64,000 bases of DNA from Bacteroidales bacterium (GTDB taxonomy: Bacteria > Bacteroidota > Bacteroidia > Bacteroidales > WCHB1-69), in contig JAFZZT010000050.1 of NCBI GenBank assembly GCA_017615595.1, positions 76,002 to 140,001 of the forward strand, given 5' to 3'. Below the pieces are notes generated by a model. The model was not told the DNA's origin. It worked only from the letters and a program-made list of their open reading frames with translations, and did no database searches. Position numbers and translations under genes: made by a program. Each line of letters starts with the position of its first letter. Within the stretch, counting starts at the first letter, position 1. Shown here in pieces: positions 48,081 to 58,275 of this stretch.

Positions 48081-51000
48081 TTGAGACCTGCAACAGCATA
48101 TAAGAAACTGATTCTCAGCATACAACTATGTCTGATAGTCCTGTGTATGCCCACGCTTTTGCAGGCACAATTCTACAATGGTTCGCAAATCAGCTTTGGG
48201 AAAAACCGGGTTCAGCATCAGAACTTCAACTGGCAGTATCTCAGGTCGGAGCAGTACGATGTGTATTATTATCCCACAGGGCGGGCATTGGCTCAATATG
48301 TATATTACAAGGTGCCGGAAATCACCGAAGAGATTGAGCGACTGCTCAACTACACGTCGAAGAAAAAGCTGCAGCTGATCGTTTACAACACCCAAGCGGA
48401 CTTCCGGGAGTCCAATTTCGCCTACGATGATGAGGATTTCTACAACCAAGGCGGCGTGACCAACATCTCGGGGACCAAAATCTACTTGTATTTTGACGGC
48501 AACCATGCCCATTTGGACCGGATGATACGCAGCGGCATCATGAACGTGTATGCGAAATGGTTAGCAGAGGGATCCTCCATGGGAGCCAACATCTCCTCCG
48601 ACTATCTCATCAATGTTCCTTCTTGGTTTTACAGTGGACTTTCCTCCTATTTTGGCGAGCAGTGGAATGCGGACATTGACGCCCATGTCATGGACGGCAT
48701 CTTAACCCAGCGGTATGCCGATATCGAATATCTCTCGCCTGTGGACGCCACCTACGCGGGACATTCTTTCTGGAAATATGTGGTGGACATCTATGGCGAG
48801 AAGATCATCTCCCAAATTTTGCACAACACCCGCTCCACCAAGATGGTAGAGCGAAGCCTATACTACTCCACTGGTATCCCCTATCGCACACTGCTGCTCA
48901 ACTGGTACAAGTATTATTATGTCATGTACCATCAAAATCTTGAAAAGGCTCAGCCTGTGGATGACGGCATTCTTCCTCGTCCAAAGAACAACACCCACTA
49001 CCAACATGTGTGTTACCAACCCCATGGTAACGGTTATGCCTACATCACCAACGAGGCTGGGCAAGTCCGGGTATGGCTCAAGACGGAGGACTGCAAGCGG
49101 CCCAAGTGCATCTTCAAGCGCTATCAAAAGACCGAAGACAACCCCGACATCTCCTACCCGATCGTCAATTGGTTTCCCACTGGGGAGGGTTTGGGACTGA
49201 CGTTAGAGTCGAAAGGTCACTGCTACTACTATCCCTATAACCTCTCCACCAAAAAATGGGAGAAACGTTCTTTGGTCGATGTGGAAAAGATCACCTCTTG
49301 GACCTATTCCAACGACGGCATGATGATGTTGTTCTCCGGTTTTCAGAATGGACAGTCCGACCTCTTCCTGTACAGTTTCCTCTCCCACTCTTTCCAGAAT
49401 TTGACAAACGACTTTTACGATGACTATGGGCCGGTTTTCCTCAACCCGCAGCAGATTGTCTTCTCCTCCAACCGTCCGACAGACTCCATACAGCTGAAAG
49501 AAGACTTCATGGATGCCAAGCCGCAGAAACGGTATGATCTATTCCTGTATGACTATGCAAAAAAGGACTCCAAGGTGATGCGCGCCACCTCCACCGAATA
49601 TGCCAACGAATACGACCTTTACCCTGTCAATGCGAACCAGATCCTCTATCTCAGTGACAAAGAAGGCATTGTAAACCGCTACACGGCGGTCTTCGACAGC
49701 ACCATCAGTCGTATCGACACAGCCATCCACTATGCCTATTTTGCCAAAAGCAGTTCCTTGACGGATGGTGCCTACAGCATTTTGGACCACGCCTACGACC
49801 CAGCCACCAAGACAGTGGCCGACATCCAACTGAAAGACAAGGCCGAGCGAATATACATGCGCCAGCTGAACCCGCTCTACACGCCTACCGTAACGCCCAC
49901 GCCTTTCCACCAGAAGATGATTCAGACAGAGCAAGCTGCCGACAGCATCCTCAAAGCGAAACTGGACAATCCTGCTGGGGAAGGTGACAAGGAGCAACAT
50001 GGATTCCTGCAGGTCTATTCTTCCGATTTAGACCCCGTGTCAACATACGAGAAAAAGCGGATGACAGACACTCTTTTGGATGTGGAGAAAGAGCGGATGG
50101 AAATACCTGTTGGCACTGGCTATCGTGTCCAATACTCCATCAACAAAGTCATCACCCAGGCTGACTTCTCATTTCTGAACACCTCATACCAGCAGTTTGA
50201 AGGAGGCACCTCGCCCATTTACCTCAACACAGGCATCAACGCGCTGTTCATGCTGGGCATCCACGATCTTTTTGAAGACTACCGTATCACGGCAGGTTTC
50301 CGTTTTTCCTTCAACCTGCAGAACAATGAGTTCATGTTCAGTTTTGAAAACCTGTCGAAGCGGTTGGACCGGCAGATAGTGCTGTACCGCCAAGCCATCA
50401 GCTCAGACGCCTCCGACTATGCCTTGAAGCAGACCTCCAACAGTTTGTTTTACATCCTGAAGTTTCCTTTCAACAAGAGCAACAGCATCCGGTTGACCTT
50501 AAAGGGAAGATATGAGACCAACGTTGTGGGGGCCATGAGTGACAACACCTTGCAGGAGCCCAACACACATCACTTGTGGGCCGGCGCCAAGTTGGAGTAC
50601 ATCTTTGACTCCTCCAAACAGCTGTACACCAACCTCTGGAAAGGCTCGAAAGTCAAAGTGTTTGCAGAATACGACCAGCGGGCGGAGCGGGAGACGCAGA
50701 ACCTACTCGTGGTCGGCCTTGATGCCCGCCGATCCTTCCATCTATACAAGAACATGACGTTGGCTTTCCGCGTGGCCGCCTCCACGAACATCGGATCAGC
50801 CAGGCTCGTCTATTTCATGGGAGGGGTGGACAACTGGGTCAACGCTAAGTTCAACAGCAACATTTGGGTGGACCAGTCCAAGAACTATGTGTATCAGACC
50901 TTGGCCACCAACATGCGGGGTTTCCGACAGAACATCCGCAACGGCACCTCCTTTGTTCTGTTCTCCGGAGAGCTCCGAATACCTTTCGTGCAGCTCATAG

Positions 51001-51311
51001 CTGGCCACCAAGTCGGTCTGGAGTTGTTTAACTCCATGCAACTGAATATCTTTGGCGACATCGGCACTGCTTGGACGGGACTGACCCCCTACTCGGAAGA
51101 GAACTGTCTTTACACTCGATACATCGACAACGGGCCCATCTCCATCATGATCAAACGCCAGGTAGATCCCTTTGTGGGCGGGTTTGGTCTCGGTTTGCGA
51201 TGCTCGCTGATCGGCTACTTCCTGCGACTGGACTATGCGTGGGGCGTGGAAGACTTCTCCATTGTCAACAAAAAAGGCATGTTATTATTCTCCATAGGCA
51301 CTGATTTCTAA
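48081..51311 (+). CDS. Large outer-membrane protein: N-terminal region, TolB-like (PD40) beta-propeller repeats and a C-terminal Omp85/BamA-like barrel
   Basis: Signal peptide KKLILSIQLCLIVLCMPTLLQAQ. PD40-like units (YQPHGNGYAYITNEAG, WTYSNDGMMMLFSG, VFSSNRP). C-terminus GFGLGLRCSLIGYFLRLDYAWG...FSIGTDF. Only a TTG start (48081) preserves the signal peptide. Confidence 0.55.
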   Translation: MRPATAYKKLILSIQLCLIVLCMPTLLQAQFYNGSQISFGKNRVQHQNFNWQYLRSEQYDVYYYPTGRALAQYVYYKVPEITEEIERLLNYTSKKKLQLIVYNTQADFRESNFAYDDEDFYNQGGVTNISGTKIYLYFDGNHAHLDRMIRSGIMNVYAKWLAEGSSMGANISSDYLINVPSWFYSGLSSYFGEQWNADIDAHVMDGILTQRYADIEYLSPVDATYAGHSFWKYVVDIYGEKIISQILHNTRSTKMVERSLYYSTGIPYRTLLLNWYKYYYVMYHQNLEKAQPVDDGILPRPKNNTHYQHVCYQPHGNGYAYITNEAGQVRVWLKTEDCKRPKCIFKRYQKTEDNPDISYPIVNWFPTGEGLGLTLESKGHCYYYPYNLSTKKWEKRSLVDVEKITSWTYSNDGMMMLFSGFQNGQSDLFLYSFLSHSFQNLTNDFYDDYGPVFLNPQQIVFSSNRPTDSIQLKEDFMDAKPQKRYDLFLYDYAKKDSKVMRATSTEYANEYDLYPVNANQILYLSDKEGIVNRYTAVFDSTISRIDTAIHYAYFAKSSSLTDGAYSILDHAYDPATKTVADIQLKDKAERIYMRQLNPLYTPTVTPTPFHQKMIQTEQAADSILKAKLDNPAGEGDKEQHGFLQVYSSDLDPVSTYEKKRMTDTLLDVEKERMEIPVGTGYRVQYSINKVITQADFSFLNTSYQQFEGGTSPIYLNTGINALFMLGIHDLFEDYRITAGFRFSFNLQNNEFMFSFENLSKRLDRQIVLYRQAISSDASDYALKQTSNSLFYILKFPFNKSNSIRLTLKGRYETNVVGAMSDNTLQEPNTHHLWAGAKLEYIFDSSKQLYTNLWKGSKVKVFAEYDQRAERETQNLLVVGLDARRSFHLYKNMTLAFRVAASTNIGSARLVYFMGGVDNWVNAKFNSNIWVDQSKNYVYQTLATNMRGFRQNIRNGTSFVLFSGELRIPFVQLIAGHQVGLELFNSMQLNIFGDIGTAWTGLTPYSEENCLYTRYIDNGPISIMIKRQVDPFVGGFGLGLRCSLIGYFLRLDYAWGVEDFSIVNKKGMLLFSIGTDF

Positions 51312-51329
51312 TTTTTCAACTGAATATTC

Positions 51330-52574
51330 ATGAAAAAGCTGTATCAAAAATATCTGGAACACCCTATCGTTTGCACCGACAGTCGGAACATCACCCCCGG
51401 ATGCTTGTTCTTCTGTCTGAAAGGGGAACGCTTTGACGGCAATCAATTTGCTGAGCAGGCGCTGCAGGATGGGGCTGGTTTTGTCGTTACCGAGCGCACC
51501 GATCTGGCTGGAAATCCTCAGATGATTGTGGTAGGTGATGTATTGGAGACCTTGCAGCTGTTGGCTGCATATCACCGGCAGCAGTTGCGGATTCCTGTCA
51601 TCGGCATCACCGGCACGAATGGCAAGACCACAACCAAAGAGCTTACGGCTGCGGTGCTGTCCGAGAAGTTCCGGACCGCCTGCACTCGGGGAAACTTCAA
51701 TAACCACATCGGGGTTCCCTTGACCTTGCTCTCCATCCGTCCAGAGCATGAGATTGCCATTGTAGAGATGGGGGCCAACCATCCCGGGGAGATTGCAGAC
51801 CTGTGCCGCATTGCCAGACCCGACCATGGCCTTATCACCAACATCGGGAAAGCACACATTGAGGGTTTTGGTTCTGTTGAAGAGATCATCCACACGAAAA
51901 AAGCGCTCTACCGTTCCGTCATGGCCGACCACGGCACCCTGTTCGTCAACCTCAACGATGCCATATTGCAACAAGGATTGGATTATGAGAAAGTGATCTA
52001 CTATGCCCAAGGCGGTGAGAAACGCATCGCTTCATTAGCTCCTTATCTGGAGATTTCTTTGGAGCATGCCAACGTCATGACGCATCTTACCGGCAGTTAC
52101 AATGTATACAACTGTCTGGGAGCCGCTGCCATAGGGCAGTTCTTCGGCGTCACGGAAGAAAAGGTCGCCCATGCGCTCAGCCATTACGAGCCCTCCAACC
52201 ATCGGTCGCAAATTGATGAGATTAAGGGAAACACCATTATTTCAGACTATTACAACGCCAATCCGACCAGCATGGAGGCGGCCCTGAGAAATCTTGCCAT
52301 GTTGAAGGCACCCCACAAGCTGGCCATTCTGGGCGACATGTTGGAGCTCGGAGCTATCAGCAGCCAAGAGCATTTACACATCATAAAACTGTGTCAGGAA
52401 CTCTGCATAGAGGCTTTCTTTGTAGGGGCAAACTTTGCGGAGCATCATCCAGAGCATTCCTTTATGAATGTCGAGGAGTTAAATGCTGCTTTAGCGCTCC
52501 ATCCTGTCGAGGGCCATCTGATCTTGGTCAAAGGATCCAACGGTATGCATTTAGGCCAACTATCCTTGTTATAG
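51330..52574 (+). CDS. murF: UDP-N-acetylmuramoyl-tripeptide--D-alanyl-D-alanine ligase
   Basis: GITGTNGKTTTKE P-loop. Mur ligase middle and C-terminal domains. 414 aa. Confidence 0.85.
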   Translation: MKKLYQKYLEHPIVCTDSRNITPGCLFFCLKGERFDGNQFAEQALQDGAGFVVTERTDLAGNPQMIVVGDVLETLQLLAAYHRQQLRIPVIGITGTNGKTTTKELTAAVLSEKFRTACTRGNFNNHIGVPLTLLSIRPEHEIAIVEMGANHPGEIADLCRIARPDHGLITNIGKAHIEGFGSVEEIIHTKKALYRSVMADHGTLFVNLNDAILQQGLDYEKVIYYAQGGEKRIASLAPYLEISLEHANVMTHLTGSYNVYNCLGAAAIGQFFGVTEEKVAHALSHYEPSNHRSQIDEIKGNTIISDYYNANPTSMEAALRNLAMLKAPHKLAILGDMLELGAISSQEHLHIIKLCQELCIEAFFVGANFAEHHPEHSFMNVEELNAALALHPVEGHLILVKGSNGMHLGQLSLL

Positions 52575-52577
52575 CGT

Positions 52578-53639
52578 ATGAAAAGAGAGCGATATGAGGG
52601 CATTGGGGTGATGTCAGGCACCTCGCTGGATGGTCTTGACCTGGCATGGTGCACATTTTCAGAAGATGGAGACGGACGGTGGCACCATGCCATCTTGGAT
52701 GCGATCACCATCCCTTATCCGGACGTGTGGCAAGAGCGACTGCGCGAGGCCTTGCAACTGTCTGCATTTGACTATGCTTTGCTGAATGTGCAACTGGGTG
52801 AACACATCGGCGACTGCATCAACCATTGGCTTCAAAATCGCAGCAAGCCTCAATTCATCGCTTCGCACGGGCACACAGTATTTCATCGTCCGGACCTGCA
52901 TCTCACCACGCAAATCGGCTCCGGAGCAGCCATCGCCGCCCGCACCGGGATAATGACGGTATGCGATTTCCGCACCACCGATGTCGCATTAGGCGGACAG
53001 GGAGCTCCATTAGTGCCCATTGGTGACGAGTTGCTTTTCAGCGACTATGACGCTTGTCTCAACTTGGGTGGCTTCTCGAACATCTCATTCCGCGAGGAAG
53101 GCCGGCGCATCTCTTTTGACATCTCACCTTGCAACATGGCATTAAACCTGATAGCCTCCTTGGCGGGGATGGAGTATGACCAAGACGGGCTGCTCGCCAA
53201 AAGCGGCACGGTTGTCACGCCCTTGCTGGAGGCGTTGAATCAGCTGGAGTACTATCAACAATCGCCGCCGAAATCACTGGGGAAAGAGTGGTTTGACGAG
53301 CATATTCTCCCCATCATGCAAAAGTACGGTTCTCATTCTCCCGCCGAGCTGGCCCGAACCATGACGGAGCACATTGCCCTGATGATTTCGCGGGCAATCC
53401 CCCAAAATGTCGCCAACGTGCTCACCACTGGCGGAGGCGCGCACAACAGCTTCCTGATTGAAAGGCTCCACACGCTGACATCCGCCCAGATTGTCATTCC
53501 CGATTCACAAATCATCAATTACAAAGAAGCCTTGGTCTTTGCCTTTTTGGGCATGCTAAGAATTTCAAGCAGAATAAATTGCCTCAAAACTGTAACTGGC
53601 GCGACCCGCGACTCCATTGGCGGGGCCGTTTATCAGTAA
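52578..53639 (+). CDS. anmK: Anhydro-N-acetylmuramic acid kinase
   Basis: GVMSGTSLDGLD N-terminal motif. GGGAHN near the C-terminus. Confidence 0.9.
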   Translation: MKRERYEGIGVMSGTSLDGLDLAWCTFSEDGDGRWHHAILDAITIPYPDVWQERLREALQLSAFDYALLNVQLGEHIGDCINHWLQNRSKPQFIASHGHTVFHRPDLHLTTQIGSGAAIAARTGIMTVCDFRTTDVALGGQGAPLVPIGDELLFSDYDACLNLGGFSNISFREEGRRISFDISPCNMALNLIASLAGMEYDQDGLLAKSGTVVTPLLEALNQLEYYQQSPPKSLGKEWFDEHILPIMQKYGSHSPAELARTMTEHIALMISRAIPQNVANVLTTGGGAHNSFLIERLHTLTSAQIVIPDSQIINYKEALVFAFLGMLRISSRINCLKTVTGATRDSIGGAVYQ

Positions 53640-53731
53640 AAAAAAATCTTGCAAACTTTTTTTTTCAAAAATAAAATATTATTTTTGCGCTGTCGTTATA
53701 AGAATAAGTATCATCTAAAAATACATCTGCT

Positions 53732-54421
53732 ATGATAGCAAAAAAGACTGACAAAGGAAACCTGGAGAATAAGAGAACCCTCTTCATTCTCATTGGGTTA
53801 GTCGTTGTGTTATGTCTGGTTTACGCCAGCTTTGAATTGTTCGCGAGCGAAACCAAAGCTCCCGGTTTCGTTGCGCCAGACGACGATTTCATCGAAGTAT
53901 CCGATGAAGATGTCATCGCGACTGACCAGACCCCTCCCCCTCCTCCTCCCACTCAAGCTCAGCAAACCGAGGTGATCATCAACTTGGTGGATAACTCCGC
54001 TAATGTTGATATGGATTTCACCTTTGACACTGAGTTCGACGAGGATGATGCAATCGAAGAGTTGCCCGATGTGGAAGTGGAACAGATTGAGACCAATGAC
54101 GAAGATGAAGTTATTCTTCACTTCGCCGCTGAGCAACCTGAATTCCCGGGCGGCATGGAAGCATTGAACTTGTTCTTGAGAAATGAGATTCAATATCCGC
54201 AGATGGCCCGTGACAACAACATCCAAGGTATTGTACTGGTGGAGTTCGTTGTTGAGAAAGACGGCCGTGTGAGTAACGCCAAGGTTGTCAACTCCCTCTT
54301 CCCGGATTGCGACAAGGAGGCCGTTCGCGGCATCATGGCCATGCCTAAATGGAAACCGGCCAAGAACAATGGTCGTCCGGTACGTTGCTACTTCAAAGTT
54401 CCGGTACGTTTCTCCATGTAA
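53732..54421 (+). CDS. Energy transducer TonB family protein
   Basis: N-terminal TM anchor. Pro-rich PPPPPP linker. C-terminal TonB domain PEFPGGMEALNLFLRNEIQYP...GIVLVEFVVEKDG. Confidence 0.85.
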   Translation: MIAKKTDKGNLENKRTLFILIGLVVVLCLVYASFELFASETKAPGFVAPDDDFIEVSDEDVIATDQTPPPPPPTQAQQTEVIINLVDNSANVDMDFTFDTEFDEDDAIEELPDVEVEQIETNDEDEVILHFAAEQPEFPGGMEALNLFLRNEIQYPQMARDNNIQGIVLVEFVVEKDGRVSNAKVVNSLFPDCDKEAVRGIMAMPKWKPAKNNGRPVRCYFKVPVRFSM

Positions 54422-54444
54422 GCGCAACTTCGTAAAAGAACTAA

Positions 54445-54473
54445 AGGATGGTCCATCGGCCATCCTTTTTTTT
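54445..54473 (+). terminator. Rho-independent terminator after the TonB-family gene
   Basis: Stem aggatgg/ccatcct followed by T8. Overlaps the stop codon of the convergent gene. Confidence 0.7.
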
Positions 54474-54978
54474 ACCATTTGTCTGCCATAAACTCGCGGA
54501 CTCGCTTGAGATATTCGGTTCGCTTCAGGTGATTTCCAGACGAATTATCCAACATCAACGCTCTCCAAAACGAGGGTGAATATGCGGCCAACTTCTTCCA
54601 TCCGACAGCACCCTCTTCATTATCTTTGGCGTAATGATCGTCATCCTCAAAGAGATAAGCCTCCAGCTCAAAAGGGTTAAGCAGGTAGGCGGTATGAAAG
54701 CCATAACGGAAAGGGCGTCCTTTCAGATAGTGCCAGAAGTACAATACATAGTAGCAGAACCACGAGTTGTGGACGGACACCGCCTGTCGGAGATGAATCC
54801 ACTCATGATGACAGAGATCTTGATAATCTTTAGAGGAGGGGCGCCGGGACCAGGCGTTATAGTGATCCTCGCGCATCAGCACACGACCGAAGAGCGTGAT
54901 GGCCGTATATCCTTTGGGTGGCAGCCAACGACTTGGGACCACAGGCATGTCAGAGTAGTGCTTGGGACGGCGGCACAT
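54472..54978 (-). CDS. Small hypothetical protein with an HExxH motif (putative zincin-like)
   Basis: LCHHEWIHLRQA contains HEWIH. No signal peptide. No family recognised. Confidence 0.4.
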   Translation of the reverse strand: MCRRPKHYSDMPVVPSRWLPPKGYTAITLFGRVLMREDHYNAWSRRPSSKDYQDLCHHEWIHLRQAVSVHNSWFCYYVLYFWHYLKGRPFRYGFHTAYLLNPFELEAYLFEDDDHYAKDNEEGAVGWKKLAAYSPSFWRALMLDNSSGNHLKRTEYLKRVREFMADKW

Positions 54979-54995
54979 AGTTTGGTTTCTAGCGG

Positions 54996-55724
54996 TTATT
55001 CGTCAAGGTATTGTTTCAACCGGGTGACATCTGAGGGATAGGTCACCTTGAAATTAGCCTCCTCGCCCGGCACGATGAAGATCGGGATCTCGGGCATAAA
55101 GCGGAGAACCACGCCGCAGTCGTCTGTGGTCGCGAGCGGACCCGAGGCCAGTGCGCGGCGATAGGCCTCCTGGATGACCGACAGTCGGAAGGCTTGTGGT
55201 GTCTGGCTGGCTCTCAGCGTATTTCTGTCTGGCACAGCACAGATAAAATCCCCACTGTCATCTGTCTGGAGGATGGTATCTGTGACGGGCACTGCCACAT
55301 CGACAGCCTGGTGATTTTGGAGAGCGTTCACCACATCGGTGATCATGCGGGATGAGACGAGCGGGCGGGCCGCATCATGGAACAGCACATTGCATTCCGG
55401 TCCCTTTTCATACGCCCGCAAGGCTGCCAGTGAGGACTCATAGCGCTCGCGCCCGCCGGGGAGCAGATGCTTCACCTTGCGCCAGCCGTTGGCCGACACC
55501 ATTTCGGACACCTCCGTCAAGAAGTCGGGATGAACCACCACGGCGATCTCGTCGATAGCCGGGTGCGCCTCGAAAGCCCAGACAGAGCGCTCCAGTATGG
55601 ACATGCCGCCCACCTGGAGAAATTGCTTGGGTCTCTCAGCGCCAAAACGGTGGCCCGCGCCTCCCGCCAAGACTATCGCAACATTGGTTGAGGACAATTT
55701 ATTTACATCGTTTGCTGGTTCCAT
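54996..55724 (-). CDS. ispD: 2-C-methyl-D-erythritol 4-phosphate cytidylyltransferase
   Basis: VLAGGAGHRFG...PKQFL N-terminal motif. 242 aa. Confidence 0.9.
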   Translation of the reverse strand: MEPANDVNKLSSTNVAIVLAGGAGHRFGAERPKQFLQVGGMSILERSVWAFEAHPAIDEIAVVVHPDFLTEVSEMVSANGWRKVKHLLPGGRERYESSLAALRAYEKGPECNVLFHDAARPLVSSRMITDVVNALQNHQAVDVAVPVTDTILQTDDSGDFICAVPDRNTLRASQTPQAFRLSVIQEAYRRALASGPLATTDDCGVVLRFMPEIPIFIVPGEEANFKVTYPSDVTRLKQYLDE

Positions 55725-55875
55725 TTCATCATAGTATTTCTACAGGGTGCAAAATTACAATAAAAGTGGTATAGTTGCCACCTGATAATATCACAGAGAC
55801 ATTTTTTTCGGCAGGTGGCATAGAGGGCCTGCCGTATCGCAAGAAAATTGTATTTTTGCAGGCATCAATCACAGT

Positions 55876-56337
55876 ATGGGAAAGAACACGACAGACACAC
55901 AGATTGCGATCAAGAACAGGAAGGCCGAATACCAATATTTTCTGACCACCTCGTTCACGGCGGGTATTGTCTTGACGGGGACGGAGATCAAATCCATCCG
56001 CGCCGGTCGGGCCAACATCACAGACGCGTATTGTTCATTCACCAACAACGAGTTATGGGTGCACAACATGCACATCAGTGAATATTCGCACGGCAGTTAC
56101 AACAACCACCAGCCCAAGCGTGATCGCAAGTTGCTGTTGAACAAGAAAGAGCTACGCAAGTTGATGAGCAAGTTGAACGAGCGCGGGTTCACCATCATCC
56201 CCACGCTGCTGTGGATTAACGAAAAGGGATATGCCAAGTTGGACATTTCCTTAGCCCGAGGCAAGAAATTATACGACAAGCGGGAGAGCATCAAGGAGAA
56301 AGATGAACGTCGTCGCAAACAACACGAAGATGAGTGA
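55876..56337 (+). CDS. smpB: SsrA-binding protein SmpB
   Basis: [13 protein letters not shown]...GTEIKSIR. Canonical length and a basic C-terminal tail. Confidence 0.95.
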   Translation: MGKNTTDTQIAIKNRKAEYQYFLTTSFTAGIVLTGTEIKSIRAGRANITDAYCSFTNNELWVHNMHISEYSHGSYNNHQPKRDRKLLLNKKELRKLMSKLNERGFTIIPTLLWINEKGYAKLDISLARGKKLYDKRESIKEKDERRRKQHEDE

Positions 56338-56716
56338 TATCAATGAAGAAATGGACCAGCGGATTCCGCTGCCTGAGTCGTACAACGACAAGGACCGGCT
56401 GTATTACAGTATCGGGGAAACGGCGAGTATTTTTCAGGTACCTGTTTCCACCATACGTTTCTGGTCCAACGAGTTCGACCATGTCTTAAAGCCTCGCACC
56501 AACAAGAAGGGGAACCGTTTTTTCTCGAAGAACGACATCGCGATTCTGCGCACCATCTACTATCTGACGAGGGTGAAGGGGTATTCTATTCAGCGCACCA
56601 AAGAGGCCATCAAGAACAACTTCATCCAGGAGGCGGACAATGCTACGATCGTAGCCTCCCTGTTGGAAATCAAAGGGGTGCTACTTCGTTTCTTGAAAAT
56701 TTTGGAAGATAAATAA
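56330..56716 (+). CDS. MerR family transcriptional regulator (short form)
   Basis: [29 protein letters not shown]. The ATG at 56330 overlaps the smpB end by 8 nt; ATG 56303 is an alternative start. Confidence 0.7.
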   Translation: MSDINEEMDQRIPLPESYNDKDRLYYSIGETASIFQVPVSTIRFWSNEFDHVLKPRTNKKGNRFFSKNDIAILRTIYYLTRVKGYSIQRTKEAIKNNFIQEADNATIVASLLEIKGVLLRFLKILEDK

Positions 56717-57292
56717 TCAGCGATTGTTTAAGAAGTCGATGAGTTTCTGCATGGCGCGACCGCGATGGCTGATGGAGTTTTTCAGAGCGCCATCCATCTC
56801 GGCAAAAGTTTGATCAAATCCATCCGGCAGAAAGACAGGGTCATAGCCGAAGCCCTCGCCGCCACGGGGTTCACGGAGGATAATGCCATCCACCCGGCCC
56901 TCGAAGATATATTCCTGGCCATCCAGTATCAAGGCAACCACTGTTTTAAAGCAGGCTTTCCGATTATCAGCGTCCTGCATCTCGCGCAACAGTTTCTGTA
57001 CATTGTCGGAATAGGAGCAGCCTTCGCCGGCGTAGCGGGCGGAATAGACGCCCGGCGCACCATTCAGGGCTTCAACTTCCAGACCGGTGTCATCGGCGAA
57101 ACAGTTTGTATGAAAACGATCATACACATAGTGGGCTTTCTGGAGTGCATTGCCACGGAGGGTGTCGGCCGTTTCGGGAATCTCCGTGTTGCAACCGATG
57201 TCAGGAAGCGCCAGCACTTCCCATTGGGAGCCCAGTATCGCAGAGACCTCTGCATGTTTGTGTTTGTTGTGGGTGGCAAAAACAATCTTCAT
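56717..57292 (-). CDS. rdgB: Non-canonical purine NTP pyrophosphatase (RdgB/HAM1 family)
   Basis: [12 protein letters not shown], and FGYDPVF. I start at ATG 57292. Confidence 0.9.
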   Translation of the reverse strand: MKIVFATHNKHKHAEVSAILGSQWEVLALPDIGCNTEIPETADTLRGNALQKAHYVYDRFHTNCFADDTGLEVEALNGAPGVYSARYAGEGCSYSDNVQKLLREMQDADNRKACFKTVVALILDGQEYIFEGRVDGIILREPRGGEGFGYDPVFLPDGFDQTFAEMDGALKNSISHRGRAMQKLIDFLNNR

Positions 57293-57362
57293 ATTATAAA
57301 CAGAAAAAGATGACATACGCGAATATGTCATCTATTGTGTTAAACCATCTGGTTGAGTTTTA

Positions 57363-57551
57363 TTACTGAGCGGCTCCGCTGATCTCAACGGCTTGTTTGC
57401 CTCTATAGTAACCGCATTCCGGGCATACGCGATGGGTTAAAATCGGTGCGCCGCAATGGCTGCAGGTGGTCAACTGAGGAGCGGTGATAAAATCATGGGC
57501 TCTTCTCTTATCTCTTCTCATTGCTGAGTGTCTTCTTTTTGGATTAGGCAT
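57363..57551 (-). CDS. rpmF: 50S ribosomal protein L32
   Basis: MPNPKRRHSAMRRDKRRAH, with zinc ribbon CSHCG...CPECG. Confidence 0.9.
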   Translation of the reverse strand: MPNPKRRHSAMRRDKRRAHDFITAPQLTTCSHCGAPILTHRVCPECGYYRGKQAVEISGAAQ

Positions 57552-57572
57552 AATCTTTAATTTTTATAGTTT

Positions 57573-58124
57573 TTAATCTTCAAATTTCAAATTCTTCAAT
57601 GCATCCCAGCGGGGATCGGTCTCTTCTTCGTTCTTGGAGGAGGACATGTTGTCCAGAATGGCCATCACGGAAGGGTCGCAGGTTGGATTGCCGTTCGGGT
57701 CATCTTCATGGAGGACCTTGTGTGGCAGAGCCAGCAGGATCGTCTCGTACACATAATGGAAGACATCCAACTCATAAGTATTCTCATCCATCACCCAGAT
57801 GTCATCATCGTCATCATTCTCGCCCTCTTCCACCATCGGGACCAGCTTCACGATCAGGTTTGAGGCAAAGCTCATCGGCACATTGACAGGAAGCAGGCAG
57901 CGGTCGCAAGTCATCGTCACTTCTCCGTCAAAGTGGAAGGAGAGGGTCACCAATTTCTCATGTCTGACCATTTCAATCCGCAAATCCAACTGTCCGTCAA
58001 GCACCTCTTCAATCTCGGCCAACTCAAAGAACTCTTTATTGCAACATACTGAGAAAGAATAGTTTCCGTCTTCAACTCCAGCCAAACGGAGCTTAAAATC
58101 TTCTCTTATCCGCTTCTCATCCAT
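57573..58124 (-). CDS. YceD/DUF177 family protein (large-subunit rRNA accumulation protein)
   Basis: CDRCL motif and acidic C-terminus. Conserved position upstream of rpmF. Confidence 0.8.
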   Translation of the reverse strand: MDEKRIREDFKLRLAGVEDGNYSFSVCCNKEFFELAEIEEVLDGQLDLRIEMVRHEKLVTLSFHFDGEVTMTCDRCLLPVNVPMSFASNLIVKLVPMVEEGENDDDDDIWVMDENTYELDVFHYVYETILLALPHKVLHEDDPNGNPTCDPSVMAILDNMSSSKNEEETDPRWDALKNLKFED

Positions 58125-58143
58125 TGCTCTAAATTTTGGGGTG

Positions 58144-58151
58144 CAAATATA
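58144..58151 (-). promoter_or_regulatory. -7 box TATATTTG for the yceD-rpmF operon
   Basis: The minus strand reads AAAAAAACGTATATTTGCACCCCAAAATTT, about 20 nt upstream of the ATG. Confidence 0.55.
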
Positions 58152-58275
58152 CGTTTTTTTCTTATTAAATATCTAACCTTAAAAATATTATTTCAAACAT
58201 AGAAAAAGTGAATATCGGCGGACTGATTTTTTTTATGATGGAGCGATAGCACATTTTTGTATTTTTGCGGTTTTT

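Noticed and set aside
47857-48084. 75-aa ORF in the intergenic region between the purF-like and Omp85-like genes
   Set aside because: It overlaps both divergent promoter boxes. It has no signal peptide or motifs. Most likely it is chance.
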